Assembly (NCBI GenBank): GCA_963797555.1
Contig: CAWCPV010000018.1
Coordinates: 1 to 64,000 of the forward strand
From: an uncultured Gammaproteobacteria bacterium
GTDB taxonomy: Bacteria > Pseudomonadota > Gammaproteobacteria > CAWCPV01
Reading direction: 5' to 3'
Length of the DNA: 64,000 nucleotides
The translations under genes were made by a program, and so were the position numbers. The notes below the pieces were generated by a model. That model was not told the origin of the DNA, ran no database searches, and saw only the letters and a program-made list of their open reading frames with translations. Below, piece after piece: positions 24,157-37,711 of this stretch (positions are counted from its first letter, which is position 1; each line of letters opens with the position of its first letter).

Positions 24157-25263
24157 ATGCGCTATGGATTGATCGCGCTGTGGATGCTCCTGTGCTCGGT
24201 GACCTCGGCTGTCGCTCAACTGAGCATCAACTTCGGGCTTCCCGGCGTGAACATCGGGATCGACCTGCCGGTGTACCCACAACTGGAGCGGGTTCCGGGT
24301 TACCCCGTCTACTATGCTCCGGAAGTGGATTCGAACTATTTCTTCTACGACGGCCTGTACTGGGTCTACGAAGGAGACAACTGGTACGCGAGCTCCTGGT
24401 ACGACGGGCCGTGGACGATCGTGGACCGGGTGGATGTGCCGCTCTATCTCCTGCGAGTCCCGGTGCGCTACTACCGGCATGCTCCGGTGTACTTCCGCAG
24501 TTGGCGCGCGGATGATCCGCCACGCTGGGGGGAGCACTGGGGCCATTCATGGGAGCAGCGTCGAAGGGGATGGGACCGATGGAACCGCAGTTCCGCTCCG
24601 GCGCCCGCACCGCTGCCGACCTACCAGCGGCAATACTCGAGGAACCGGTATCCCCAACCGTCGCAGCAGGCTGACATTCAAACCCAGAATTACCGTTACC
24701 AGCCGAGAGATCCCATAGCGCAGCAGCTCTTTCAGCACCAGAGAGCGCACGCCCAGTCTGCGCAGCCACAGCGAGCGGCACCCCAGCAAAAGGCGCAGCA
24801 GGCGCCGAGGCAACCGCAGCCGCAATGGCAGCAGCCGCAGCAGATGGGGCAGCCACAGCAGATCGAACGTCGCCAGAGAGAGCAGGCACCGCCGCAGCAA
24901 GTCGAGCGTCAAAGACCACAACCGCAACAAGCGAAGCAGCCGCAGCAAACGGCAAACCCACTCCAGCAGGCGCCGAGGCAACGGCAGCCGCAATGGCAGC
25001 AGCCACAGCCGCAGCAGATGGGGCAGCCACAGCAGATCGAACGTCGCCAGAGAGAGCAGGCTCAGCCGCAGCAAACGGCAAACCCGCTGCAGCAGGCGCC
25101 GAAACAGCAGCCACGGCAAGTCGAACGGCAGCCTCAGCGAGCTTCAGCCCCGCGTCAGCAGCCGCCGCAGCCGAAAGCGCAGGAAAGGGCACGGCAGGGC
25201 AAGGAGCAAAACAAGGGGAAAGGCCAGGAGAAAGACAACAAGGAGAAAGGCCAGGAGCGCTAG
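24157..25263 (+). CDS. Secreted protein with aromatic/Pro-rich N-domain and Gln/Pro-rich repeat tail
   Basis: RBS GGAGG, signal peptide MRYGLIALWMLLCSVTSAVA, internal duplicated QQAPRQ..QQIERRQREQA blocks. Confidence 0.8.
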   Translation: MRYGLIALWMLLCSVTSAVAQLSINFGLPGVNIGIDLPVYPQLERVPGYPVYYAPEVDSNYFFYDGLYWVYEGDNWYASSWYDGPWTIVDRVDVPLYLLRVPVRYYRHAPVYFRSWRADDPPRWGEHWGHSWEQRRRGWDRWNRSSAPAPAPLPTYQRQYSRNRYPQPSQQADIQTQNYRYQPRDPIAQQLFQHQRAHAQSAQPQRAAPQQKAQQAPRQPQPQWQQPQQMGQPQQIERRQREQAPPQQVERQRPQPQQAKQPQQTANPLQQAPRQRQPQWQQPQPQQMGQPQQIERRQREQAQPQQTANPLQQAPKQQPRQVERQPQRASAPRQQPPQPKAQERARQGKEQNKGKGQEKDNKEKGQER

Positions 25264-25283
25264 CGACAACTCGCGCTGCAAAC

Positions 25284-25313
25284 GAAAGCCCCGCGACGCG
25301 GGGCTTTTCATTT
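25284..25313 (+). terminator. Rho-independent terminator
   Basis: AAAGCCCCGCG-A-CGCGGGGCTTTT hairpin with T-tract, 20 nt after the stop. Confidence 0.8.
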
Positions 25314-25496
25314 CTCCCTCTCCCTTCGGAGAGGGCCAGACTGCTCCAGTCAAGAGCACAGGGTACATGCACGTTTTCTTCATGAGTTCCATTTTGGCCA
25401 TGCTCATGAGAAACACCCAATCCAACTAGAATCCCGGGATTTCGAACAGGCATCGAAATTCAAGAGACATCTGAATTCGGTCCGGAGACTCTATTT

Positions 25497-26940
25497 GGCT
25501 CTTTCGGCAATTGTGTGGGTCGTGGTAGTCAAGTAGCATCTGCTTTCGCTTATCACAACACATCTTGTGGTTGGGGTGGTGGGCGAGAGGCCCTCGCGTG
25601 GGGCCGCTCCGCAGGACTCGTCCACAAATCCACAGGTCGTCATCCAAGGGGGGAGCACCGTGCGGCCCACGCATCTGTTTACCACGGCACTGGGCCTGAC
25701 GGTGCCTTGGGAGGTCACCGACGTGCGCTTCGACCCCGAGGCTGGGCGCATCGACCTCGATGTGGCGTTTGCCAAGGGCAGCCGCTTTGCCTGCCCGGCC
25801 TGCGGAGTGCAAGGCCAGCCGGTGCACGACACCCGGGAGCGCAGTTGGCAGCACCTGAGCTTCTTTAAGTCACGGGCGTACCTGCACGCGCATCTGCCGC
25901 GAGTGCGCTGCGAGGCCTGCGGCAAGACGACCCAGGTCGAAGCGCCGTGGGCGCGCGCACACAGTGGCTTCACGGCGCTGATGGAGGCGCTGGTGGTCAC
26001 GCTGTGCCAGGCCATGCCGGTGGCGACCGTGGCTCGGCACCTGGGTGTGGGCGATGAGCGCCTGTGGGGGGTGCTCGATCACTACGTAGGCAGTGCCCGC
26101 GCTCAGGAGGACCACTCGCAGGTGAGCGCTGTGGGCCTGGACGAGACCGCTGCCCGGCGTGAACAGCACTACATCAGCCTGTTCCATGACCTCACGGGAA
26201 AACGCCTGCTGTTCGCCTGCGAGGGCCGCGACCAGAGCACCGTGGCGGCCTTCGCCGCCGACCTCAAGGCGCACGGCGGCGACCCGCAGGCCATCGAGCA
26301 GGTGTGCATCGACATGTCCGCCGCCTACCGCGCCGGGGTGGCCAAGCATCTGCCTCAGGCTACGGTGAGCTTCGATGCCTTCCACGTGATCAAGCTCGCC
26401 AACGAGGCGGTCGACGCGGTGCGCCGCCAGGAGATCAAGACCGAGCCCGCCCTCAGAGGCACCCGCTGGACCTGGCTGGGACCAACTCACCGACTTCCAC
26501 TGGCTCTCCCGCGCCCGCCTCAAGACCGCCCGCGCCTGGCGCCTCAAGGAGGCGCTGCGCGATATCTACGCCACGGCCAGCACCCTCGAGCAGGCCGAGA
26601 GCGCCCTCGGGCGCTGGTATAGCTGGGCACGGCGTAGCCGCCTGCAGCCCATGAAACGCCTCGCCACTACCCTGAAAGAGCACTGGAACGGCATCCTCGC
26701 CGCGTTCCACTCGGGCCTCACCAACGGCCGCGCCGAGGGCATCAACTCCCTCATCCAGGCCGCCAAGGCCCGCGCCCGGGGCTACCGCACCACGCACTCG
26801 CTCATCACCATCGCCTACCTCATCGCCGGCAATCTCGCCCACCTGCCCGCCTCGCCGCTCAACACACCCGCTGGTGTCAGAGATCAGGCAGATACCCCCG
26901 CGCCATAGGCATTGCTGCCCACACGATTCCGGAAAGAGCC
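25497..26940 (+). mobile_element. ISL3-family element, copy 2 (transposase 25660-26908 broken by a small deletion near 26480)
   Basis: Ends GGCTCTTTCGGCAATTGTGTGG / CCACACGATTCCGGAAAGAGCC; 8-bp TSD CTCTATTT; close homolog of copy 1. Confidence 0.92.
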
Positions 26941-27408
26941 CTCTATTTGTCTCCCGAGGCAGTGCTGATTCTGCCGCCGTCATATGGTACCCGCACTCTG
27001 AACGTGGGCGCTCGTGCAACGCAAGAGCGGAAGATCGGGCGGCCACCAATTGGCGGCGAGAAGGGCCACCCTGGCGCCACGCTGGGGCTGGTGGACAAAC
27101 CCGACTGCACGGTGATCCTGGCGCACGTTGCTGTTCTGATCCACCGGCTGTCCTCGCCCAGCCGGGCTTCCAGTTGCTGCACCCGTCTTTGCCCTGGACC
27201 CTATCCCGAGCCCAGTCGAAGGAGCGCTTAGCGCAAGCCGAGGGACAGGCATTGGTCTCCTGGTTGCCCAGCCTCACCCAAGCCCGAGCGCTAGTGAAGC
27301 GGGCCATGCGCCAGGAAAGACCGGAGCCGATCCGGAGCTGCTGGCGGAGGCGCTGCAGAGCGCTGGCCTCGGCCGGCTGCTGCGCGGGTCAGGGCAGCCT
27401 GGCTGCTA

Positions 27409-28569
27409 GTGTAGTGCTTGGTAATTAACGGAACATATATGATCTATCGCTGTCCAGGGCTATGAAGCCAAGACAGGAGAGCACTGATGCGAGTAGCCCC
27501 GATGGTCCGACTGAGCGCGGAAGAACAGCGGAGCCTGAGGCGTGTGTCGCGTTCGAACACCACGAGTGTGAGGCTGGCCCGCCGAGCGCGCATTGTGCTG
27601 TTGGCGGCGGTGGGCATGGAGAACAAGGCCATCGCGGCGGAACTCAAGATTGGGCGTGTGCAGGTTGGGCGTTGGCGGGAGCGCTATGCGCAAGGCGGGC
27701 TGGCGGCCATCGAGTGTGACCTGCCGCGCGGAGGTCGTCAGCCCAAGGTGGATGCCGCCGAGATCGTGCGACGCACGACTCAGACCCAGCCCTTAGCAGC
27801 GACACAGTGGAGTACGCGGACCCTGGCTAAGGAAATGGGAGTGAGCGACACCACGGTGCTGCGCGTGTGGCATGCCCATGGGCTGAAGCCGCATCGTGTC
27901 GAATCCTTCAAGGTATCGCGCGACCCGAAATTCACCGAGAAGTTGGAGGACATCGTCGGGCTGTATCTGTCCCCCCCGGAGCATGCTTTGGTGTTGTGCT
28001 GCGACGAGAAGAGTCAGGTTCAGGCGCTGGATCGTACCCAACCTGGCCTGCCGCTGAAGAAGGGGCGGGCTGCGACCATGACCCATGACTACAAGCGCCA
28101 TGGCACCACGACACTGTTTGCTGCCCTGAACACCTTGGAGGGTTCCGTGATTGCCCGCTGCGAGCCGCACCATCGCCACACGGAGTGGCTCACCTTCCTG
28201 CGCCAAATCGACCGCGAGACGCCCAAGGACAAGGAACTGCACTTGGTCTGCGACAACTACGCCACCCACAAACATCCCAACGTTCAGAAATGGCTGGGAA
28301 AACACCCGCGTTTCCACATCCATTTCACGCCCACCTCAGCATCCTGGTTGAACATGGTCGAGCGATTCTTCCGCGACCTGACTGTGGATCGGTTGCGCCG
28401 TGGCGTGTTTCGAAGCGTCCCCGAGTTGATCCCTGCCATCAACCGCTATGTCGATGCCCACAACGCCAATCCCAAACCCTTCATCTGGACCGCCAAGGCT
28501 AAGGACATCCTGCAGAAGGTCATCCGCGCCAACGCACGTTTAAGTTCTAAACAGAATGAAGCACTACAC
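27409..28569 (+). mobile_element. IS630-family element B
   Basis: IRs GTGTAGTGCTT / AAGCACTACAC with TA duplication. Confidence 0.9.
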
Positions 28570-28572
28570 TAG
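27487..28572 (+). CDS. IS630 transposase (intact)
   Basis: CCDEKSQVQALDRTQP, THDYKRHGTT, CDNYATHK, SWLNMVERFF. Confidence 0.93.
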   Translation: MRVAPMVRLSAEEQRSLRRVSRSNTTSVRLARRARIVLLAAVGMENKAIAAELKIGRVQVGRWRERYAQGGLAAIECDLPRGGRQPKVDAAEIVRRTTQTQPLAATQWSTRTLAKEMGVSDTTVLRVWHAHGLKPHRVESFKVSRDPKFTEKLEDIVGLYLSPPEHALVLCCDEKSQVQALDRTQPGLPLKKGRAATMTHDYKRHGTTTLFAALNTLEGSVIARCEPHHRHTEWLTFLRQIDRETPKDKELHLVCDNYATHKHPNVQKWLGKHPRFHIHFTPTSASWLNMVERFFRDLTVDRLRRGVFRSVPELIPAINRYVDAHNANPKPFIWTAKAKDILQKVIRANARLSSKQNEALH

Positions 28573-28633
28573 AGTCCCTAGAGCGGTTTTCGCTTGCGCT
28601 TGTGGCGAGCGGGGGGAGGCACCAACGGGGCTA

Positions 28634-31600
28634 TTAGCCCACCTCTATCTCGGCCGAGTGCTCCCGGCGATCATCGACGAGCGCAACGACCAAGTCGGAC
28701 CGCTCAACCCCGTCGGCGGTCACGCGCGTCACGCGCCGGCCGCTGCCCGTACGCGTGAATGTGATGTGGTAGACGGTCTCCCGATAGCGATAGTGCAGCT
28801 TGAACGAGTTCCATTCGTCGGGGAGGCAAGGCGCAAAACGCAGCCTGTCCACTTCTAGCCTGAGCCCCAGCAGCGATTCCACGAGCAGCCGGTACATCCA
28901 GCCGGCCGAGCCTGTATACCAGGTCCAGCCGCCCTGCCCGGTATGCGGCGGGACGGCATACACGTCGGCGGCCATGACGTAGGGTTCCACCCGGTAGCGC
29001 GCCATTCCCTTGGGGGTCGAGCCGTGGCTCAACGGGCTGAGCAGGGAAGCCAATTCCCACGCGCGCCGGCTGTCGCCCATCGCCGCAAACGCCATCGCCG
29101 CCCATATCGCGGCGTGGGTGTACTGTCCGCCGTTCTCCCGGACGCCGGGGACATACCCCTTGATGTAGCCGGGCTCCAAGTGCGATTTGTCGAACGGCGG
29201 GTCGAAGAGCTGGACGAGACTCTGGTCCCGGCGCACCAGGCGCCCGTCCACCGCGTCCATCGCCGAGCGCGAGCGCAGCGGGTCGCCCGCGCCCGACAGC
29301 ACGGACCAGCTCTGCGGGATCGAGTCGATTTGGCATTCGGGACTGCGTGCCGAGCCGAGCGCCTCTCCGTTATCGAAATAGGCGCGCAGGTACCACTGTC
29401 CATCCCAGGCCGTTTGCTCGATGTTGTAACGCAGCCTCTCGGCCTCGCTGGTGCAAGTTTCAGCGAAGGTCGTATCGCCGCGCCGGTGCCCCAGCTCGGC
29501 AAACTGCACCAGCACCTGGTAAAGGAAAAACGCGAGCCACACGCTCTCCCCCTCACCCTTGCTCGCCGACCCGGTTCATGCCGTCGTTCCAGTCGCCGCT
29601 GCCGATGAGCGGCAGGCCGTGTCGTCCGAATAATTTCAGACCCCTCTCGATGGCGCGCACGCAGTGTCCATAAAGGGTGCCGTCATCCTTGGACCGGGCG
29701 GGCAGGTCGTAATAGGCATCCTCATCCGGTTTCACCGGGCGGCCCTCGAGGAAGCCCACGCGCTCATCGAGCACACCGGTGTCCCCGCTGTGCATGACAT
29801 AGCGGCAGGTCGCGAGCGGCAGCCACAGGTAATCGTCCGAACAGTGGCTGCGCACGCCGCGGCCGGAGGGGGGATGCCACCAATGCTGTACATCGCCCTC
29901 CAGGAACTGATGGGCCGCGCAGCGCAGCAGGTGCTCGCGTATCAGGCCGGGCTCGGCGTGCAGCAGCGCCATCACGTCCTGTAATTGATCGCGGAAGCCG
30001 AACGCCCCGCCCGATTGGTAGTACCCGCTGCGCGCCCACACCCGGCAGGCCAGCGTCTGATACAGCAGCCAGCCGTTGGCCAGGATGTTCACGCCCCTAT
30101 CGGGCGTCTCCACGTTTACCGCGCCGAGGGTGCGGTTCCAGTACTCCCAGACCGCCTCCAGCGCGCGCTGTGCCGGACCCGATCCCCGGAAGCGCTGCAC
30201 CAGGCCGCGGGCATCGTCGGCGTCGCGGCCACAGCCCAGCGTGAAGATGATCTCGCGCTCCTGCCCGTGGGCCAGCTCGACCTGCACCTGCATCGCGGCA
30301 CAGGGGTCCACCGCGGCGCCCACCCTGCCCGAGAGGCGCGCGCGCGTCATGGCGGCGGGGTTTGCGGGCGTGCCGTTGCGTCCGAGGAATTCGGTCCGGT
30401 CACCGCTGACGCTGCGCAGCGCTTCGTTCACATCGAGGAAGGCGATCGCGCCCGGCGAACTCGGTATTGTAGGGATGGCTGGCGAACAGCGCGCCGCTCG
30501 CGAGGTCGATCTCGGTGATCACGTGCATCAGTGACTGGGGACGCTGCTCCGCCAAAACCCACTCGAAGTAGCCGGTCACGGAGAGCCGGCGCGCCCGGCC
30601 CGAGTCGTTGCGCACCTTGAGCCGCAGGAACTTCACCGGTGCGTCCGCGGCGACATACACCCACAGCTCCGACGTGATGCCGCTCTCGGTATACTCGAAC
30701 ACGCTGTAGCCGAACCCGTGCCGGGTCACATAAGGTCTTGCGCCACGAGCGGGCAGCGGCGTGGGGGACCAGAAGCGGCCGCTCTCCTCGTCACGCAGGT
30801 ACAGGGCCTCACCGCTCACATCGCTCACCGGGTCGTTATACCATGGGGTGAGGCGAAACTCGTGGGCGTTCTCACTCCAGGTGTAGGCCGCACCGCTCTC
30901 GGAAACGACCGTCCCGAAGTACGGATTCGCCAGCACGTTCACCCACGGTGCTGGCGTCACTTGGCCCGGGGCGGTGGTGATGACATACTCGCGGCCGTCC
31001 TGGGTGAACCCTCCCAGCCCATTGAAGAAGATCAGGTCGCGGCGAGGCCGCTCGGCGGAGGTGACGGGCTCGATGCGGCGTAGGCGGGTCGGCGTGAAGC
31101 CCGGGACGCTCGGCCGCACGCGCCCGCGCCGCTCCATCTGTTCAGCGAGCGGACCGGCGTCGTCGGTGAGGATGGCGCGGGCGACCGTTTGCATCAAAAT
31201 ACGGTCTTCGTCCGACATTTGCTCCGCGCGGCTGACGAAGATACCGCCGGGCCGGTCCACGGCGTAGGCCTCGGTGCCCGCGGCGATGAGGCCCATGATG
31301 CGCTCGTGCAGCAATTGCCGGTAGCCTGAGTGGTCGTCGTTCCAGATCACCAAGTCCACCACCAGACCTTTGATGCGCCAGTAGGCATGGGCCTGTACGA
31401 GCTGGCGCACCAGATCGATATTGGACTCCTCGGCGATGCGCAACAGCACGATCGGCAGGTCGCCGGAGATGCCGTAGCCCCAGAGGCCGGATTGCCCACG
31501 CCGGTTCTTCCTCAGAATGCCTGGGTCGGCGCGCCGCGAGGGATTGGCGTAGATCAGCGAGCTCGCGAGGTGTCCGTACAACTGTGCGTCGGCCTCGGTT

Positions 31601-34600
31601 GCGTTGAGCTGGCGCAGGACCACCTGGCCGTGAGTCCAGGCGAGGTCAAAAACCCGATCCGCGAGGCGCCGGTCGCGGTATTTCTCGATGAGCGCCAGCG
31701 CCGCCTCGCGCGTCTCCGCCATGCCGGAGACGATGTCGACCGCGACAGTTTCTTCCGGGTCGATCATGACCCGGCGCCGGATCGCGACGATGGGATCGAG
31801 CACCGAGCCCTCGCTGTCGGAGAGCGCGGAGGCACTGCTCATCGCCTGCGGGTCAGCGACGCTTCGGGTGCGGCCGATGAATTTCAGGCGATCGGTCTCA
31901 AAAGAGGCTTCCTCCGGCGCCGTCCCGTGCACTGCCATCAGGTGAAGCATCCAGGGGGTGCGCTCGGAGGCCGAGCGTGGCCGGCGCGTGCACAGGATCG
32001 CCTGTTGGGGGCGCACGATCTCCGTCTGCACGAATAGGCCGCTGAACGCCGGATGTGCCGTGTCTGCCGCGGGGGGTGCCAGCACGACCTCCGCGTAGCT
32101 GGTCAATTCGATGCTGCGCCGCGTCCGCGAGCGGTTGGTGATGCTGATGCGGCGTAGCTCGATGTCATCCTCCGGCGAAACGGCGATCTCCGTGTGCGTG
32201 TCCAGGTCGTGGTCGCGGCGGCGGAACTCCGCCCGCGCCTGCGAGAAGATCGCCTCATAGCGGCCCGATGCCTTGAGCATCGGCTGATATCCGGTGGACC
32301 AGACTTCGCCGCTTGCCATATCGCGCAGGTAGCAGAAGGTGCCCCAGGGGTCGCGGGTGGGGTCTTCGCGCCAGCGGGTGACCGCGATGTCCTTCCAGCG
32401 GCTGTAGCCGCCGCCCACATGGGTGACCATCACGTGGTAGCGGCCGTTGGACAGCAGATGCACCTCCGGGGACGGGGTGTCGGGGTTGCGGAACACCCGT
32501 ATCAGCGCCTCCTCTTCGGCGGACCGGCGCGGCCCCGTCACCTCGGCCGCGTGCGGATAGAACGGTGCCGCATTCGGAACTCGCTCCTGGAGCAACAGCT
32601 CGGTCGCCTGGAACAGCGGGTCCGACTCGAACCGTCGCTGCATCGGCCGGTCGAGCAGCAGATGGGCCAGGGACAAGAAGATCATCCCCTGATGGTGGGT
32701 CATGAACGAGCGCACCACCGCGAAAGACTGCCCGCGCGCGAGCCGCGACGGCGTGTAGTCGATGGCCTCGTAAAAGCCGTACCGCCCCTCGAAGCCCTCG
32801 GCCGCCATGCGCTGCAGGTTCGCACACGCCTCCTCGGGCGCCACCATCAGCGCCATCACCGAGGCGTAGGGCGCGATCACCAGGTCATCGACCAGCCCGC
32901 GCTTGAAGCCCAGGCCGGGTACACCGAACGCGCGATACTGGTAGTTCAGGTGCACGTCGGTGGCGTTATAGCCGGATTCCGAGATCCCCCAGGGCACACC
33001 GCGCTGAACCCCATACTCGATCTGGCGCTGAACGGCTCCGCGGTAGGTCTGGTCGAGCAGCGTGTTGTCGTACGTGGGCATCACCAGGAGCGGCATCAGG
33101 TACTCGAACATCGAGCCGCTCCACGAGAGCAGCACCGGTTGTCCCTCGGAGGTGGTAAGCAGGCGCCCCAGCGCGAACCAGTGCTCCTGCTGCAGACGGC
33201 CCTGCGCGATCGCGACGAAACTGCATAACCGCGCCTCCGACGCCAACAGATCGTAGAAGCTCGCATCGCGCCGGCGCTCACTCAGGTTATAGCCGATGGC
33301 GAGCAGACGCCGGGAGCGGTCGAACAAGAAATCATAGTCCAGCTCCGCCAGCTCGCCGCACTGCGCCGCCAGCTCTTGGAGAGCGCCTATCCTCGCTCTG
33401 GCGCGGGTGCTTGCCTGGACGATGGTCTGCTGCAGGGCGATGAGCCAATCCGATTGCATGGGCGCATTGGCGTCGGGAGCCTCATGGAGCACCCGCTCGA
33501 TCAGCGGCAGCAGATCCAGATCGATCCGCGCCAAGTCGCGCAGCGTCGGGGCCTCGTCGAGCCGGCGCAACGCATCGCGCAGCTCGGCCAAGGGACCTGT
33601 CTGCCCGACAGGCAGGCCCGCATGTTCCAGGAGCCCGCTGCGCCGGATAGGCTCGGCCGGAGGCGGGGACAACAGCCACGGCGCCAGAAAGCTCAGGTCA
33701 TCCAGGCAGTCGCGGCATTGTCGCTCAAACGCCTGCGCCCACCACCTCAGTTCTTCGTCAGCGCTGGCGTCCAGACTCCGGTCGGCACTCGGATCAAGAC
33801 TGCCGACCAGCTTCGCCGTTGTCGCCAGTCTCTGTAACAGGATGTAGGTGCCCGTGAGGGTGCGCGGCACGGTCTTGAGCTCGCTGGCGAGCGCCTGCGT
33901 GCGCACGCGCACGCCGCGCGCTGCGTCGCTGCTACGTCCACCTGTTGCACCGTCGTCCGCGCTCGCTACATGGCTGAGAACGTGCAGCGTGTCGGTCAGT
34001 CCGTCGAGCAGCCGCGCCGGGACGGGCGTGCGGTCGGGCAGCTCGAGCAGGCCGGCGCGCAAGGTCAGCAGCAGGCCAGCGAGATTCCCGCTGTCCACGG
34101 TCGAGACGTAGCGCGGGTGCAGCGGCTGCAGCGAGCGCGTGTCATACCAGTTGTAGAGGTGGCCTCGGTAGCGCTCCAAGCCCTGCACCGTCTGCAGCGT
34201 CTGGGCAGTGCGCTCGAGCGACCGTCCCATCGAGAGGTAGCCGAAATCGTACGCCGCCAGATTCCCCAACAGCACGAGCCCGATGTTAGTGGGTGAGGTG
34301 CGATGCGCCACCACGGCAACGGGATGCTCTTGATAATTGTCCGGCGGCAGCCAGTGATCCTCTGGCCCGACAAAGGTCTCGAAGAACCGCCAGGTCTTGC
34401 GCGCCAATATCTGCGCGCAGACCACCCGATCGGACGCGAGCCTTACCCTGCGCCGGGTGAGTGGGCGGCTGATCCACCACGCGATGGCGGGGGAGACCAG
34501 CCACAACCCTAGAAAGGGGCTCGCGCTAGGCAGTGCGCCGCGGCCGCCAGTGCGCCAGATAGAGCATCATGGAGCTGCCGAGGACGGGGGCGATCCACAT

Positions 34601-37466
34601 CGACCGGTAAAAACCGGCAAGACCGGTGTGCGCTTTGCGCTCGGAGTCGCTCGATGTCGTCCATTCCAGCAAGCGCCGGTGCGTGACCAGCAGGCGTATG
34701 CCGGTACGCACGATGGCGTCCAGGCTGAAGAAGGCGTCGTACGGCAGGACCGCGAGCGTGAACCCTGCCTGCGCGGAGTGCCGACCCATGGAACGCAGTA
34801 GGGTGCGCAGGTGCATCTCGAGCGGCAGGTCCGTCGGCTTTTGGAATAGCTCTACCGCGGATGCCAGCAGCGGGGGGGCCAGGATGATGCCGACCACCAC
34901 CAGGGTCCAGAACCAGCTGCGGCCAGAGCACCGTCCACGCTAGCACGAGCAGCAGCGTGAGAGCGAAGGGCACCAGGCTGCGGCGCAGGTTATCGAGAAC
35001 CTTCCAGCGCGAGAGTCCCGAGAGCGGATTTTTCACACGCCGCGCATCCGCACCCGGGACGCGCGGCAGCAGCCACCACGCGATCTGCCAATCGCCGCGG
35101 ATCCAGCGATGCCGCCGGCTCACGTCCGCGTTGTAGCCTGGCGGATAGCCCTCATACAACTGGACATCGCTGACCAGCGCCGAGCGCGCATAGCCGCCCT
35201 CCAGCAGGTCGTGGCTCAGGATCAGGTTTTCCGGGAAACGCCCCTCCAGCGCTCTCTGGAACGCATCGACATCGTAGATCCCCTTGCCGATGAACGACCC
35301 TTCATGGAACAGGTCCTGATACACGTCCGAGACCACGCGCGTGTAGGGGTCGATGCCCGGCTCCCCGCCGAAGAGCTGCATGAACCACGAGCGGACCGTG
35401 CCTGGCAGACTCACCGCCACGCGCGGCTGGAGGATGCTGTAACCCTCGCAGACACGCTGCTTGGCTGCATCGTAGCGCGGGCGATTGAGCGGGTGCGCCA
35501 TCGTGCCCACGAGCTGCCGCGCCGCGTCACGCGGCAACAGCGTATCCGTATCCAGCGTGATCACGTACTTCACGCCCGTCAGGACCGATGTCTCCCCCAC
35601 GATCAGCGTGAAGCGATCCCCGGCTCCGCCCCGCAACAAGGCGTTCAGCTCCGCAAGCTTCCCGCGTTTGCGCTCGTAGCCCATCCAGACCCCTTCCTGC
35701 GGATTCCAGCGGCGCGGGCGATGGAACAGGAAGAAGGCGTCGGGTCTCTCGGCCTGGTACTTTTCGTTGAGCGCCTCGATGCCTTCCCGTAACAGTTGCA
35801 GCAACGGCTCGTCCTCCGACATCGCCTGCTGCGACGCATCGAACGGGTCGGTCAGCAGGCCGAAGTGCAGATGGCGGTCGCGGTTTGCCAGGTAGCGGAC
35901 TTCCAGCCCTTCCAGCAGCTCATTGATGCCCCTGGGGCTGGTAAGCAGCGTCGGGACCACCACCAGCGTGCGCGACTGGGGCGGGATTCCACTGGAAAAG
36001 TCCATGCGCGGCAAGGCGTGCGGCTTCACCAGTAGCATCGCCAGCCAGTTCACCAGGGCGACCGCAAGATGACCAGCACACAGCAACAACAGGACGGCGA
36101 GCAACGCCACAGCCCATACGCTAGCCCCGTCGGCGTGCGCCCGCGCGAGCAAGACCGTGGTGAGGAGTGCCGTTACCAAAGTGATCATGCCGAGATAGAA
36201 AAACAGCGGGAAGCGGTGTCCGAGCTTGTTAAGGACCTGACCAAGAGATCGGCGCATCTGCGCCGCCCGCTCGAGCTGCGGCAAGCCTTTATCGATGAGG
36301 TAATAGCCGACGTGCGCCGTCCGGTCCTCTGCGCCCGCCCCCGCCACACCCGTGCGTGCCAGGTCTATCGCCGCGCGCGCCACTTCACCCTCGGTCAATG
36401 GGCTGCGCTTTGCGATGCGCTCGATCTCGTGGCGGTAACGGTCCCGCGTGGCGAAATCCATATCGCCGTAGACATCCGCCGGGTCGTCGTGCAGCGCGTG
36501 GTCGACCACACTCATGGTCTCGACGAATTCGCGCCAGTCCATGGACTCCAGGAACCGGAGACTGCCGATGCTATTGCTGATCGAGACCTGTTCGGCCGCC
36601 TGACGCTGGCCCTCCAACCGAACCATTTGTGCGATGGTGAGGCTCTGCTCCGACAGGCGCTGCTCGATCCAGGTGAGCGGCAGGGCGAGTGCGGGATTCT
36701 GGCCCTGCAACCGGCGCGCAAGCTCCGCCACGAACGCGCTCGACAGCGACGGGTTGGAGCGCGCCATATCCGCCACTTCCAGGATCAGGCCCTGGGGGTC
36801 TTTCTCCGTGACCTCCGTCATCCGGTCCGTCCAGTAGTGGGCGCTGTCATGGTCTATCCTGCGGGCCGCGACGGGTGCCGCCACGCGCCGCAGGTTCTCG
36901 ATGAGCGCGAGGCGCAGCATGATCGGGATCGCCCATAGCTCGCCCAGCTTGAGCGGGGTATGCGTCTGGTAAGCGGCTATGAAGCTGCTGAGGTTCTCCG
37001 CATCCACCCTGCCATCGGCGTGTGCGATCAGCTCCAGGGCGATATCGTAGACACGCGGGTATCGCATCGACGCGCCGTTGCGCAGGCGCGGCAGCTCCCG
37101 GCTGTATCCTTTGGGCAGGTGACGGCGCGCCAGTCGGATCTGCTCTTCGATCAGGTAGAAGTTGTCGAGCAGCCATTCGGCCGCGGGCGTGATCCGGCGA
37201 TTCGCCTCGACCGCCGCCGACACCAACTCGTGGGCGTGCAGAAGAACGCCTTCATTCTCAGCCAGCCGCGGCAGCAGCCGGTCCGGGCCGCGCCTCGGAT
37301 CGATCTCGTGCCGCGCCGCCAGTGCCTTCGCATGCTGGTGGAATTGATCGACGCTGAACAGCTCCGCCCGCAACGCGTGCTCATCACTGTACTCTCGCGC
37401 CACGCTGTTTCTGTCGATGCGCGTCCTCAAGCGGTTAAGGCCATTGCGAATCGCCTGACTAGTCAT
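28634..37466 (-). pseudogene. Cyclic beta-1,2-glucan synthase (Cgs/NdvB/ChvB), at least 4 frameshifts
   Basis: EWLLDNFYLIEEQI, YERKRGKL, SHDLLEG, RRHRWIRGDWQ, PPDNYQE, YDLLASEARL, GH94 motifs GFRDQLQD, GDWNDGMN, ENGGQYTHAA. Confidence 0.92.
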
Positions 37467-37711
37467 CCATATCCACCATCCGTTCTGGAGCTGCCATTGT
37501 AAACGTGCGGTGAGGGGACGCGCAGCCGAGGCTGTCTCTCACACATAGCGCGAAATGGCGAGGGCGCACGGTCCGAAGCGCTGCTGCGGGTTTTCGATGC
37601 GCGCATTGAGGCGTTGAGCAGGGTACAGACCGCCGAGGAAGCTCGCCGGCTCGGACTGAACGCCTGTGACGTGCATTGGATTGCAGGTGGCCGCCTCCGG
37701 CCCAGGTTGCC

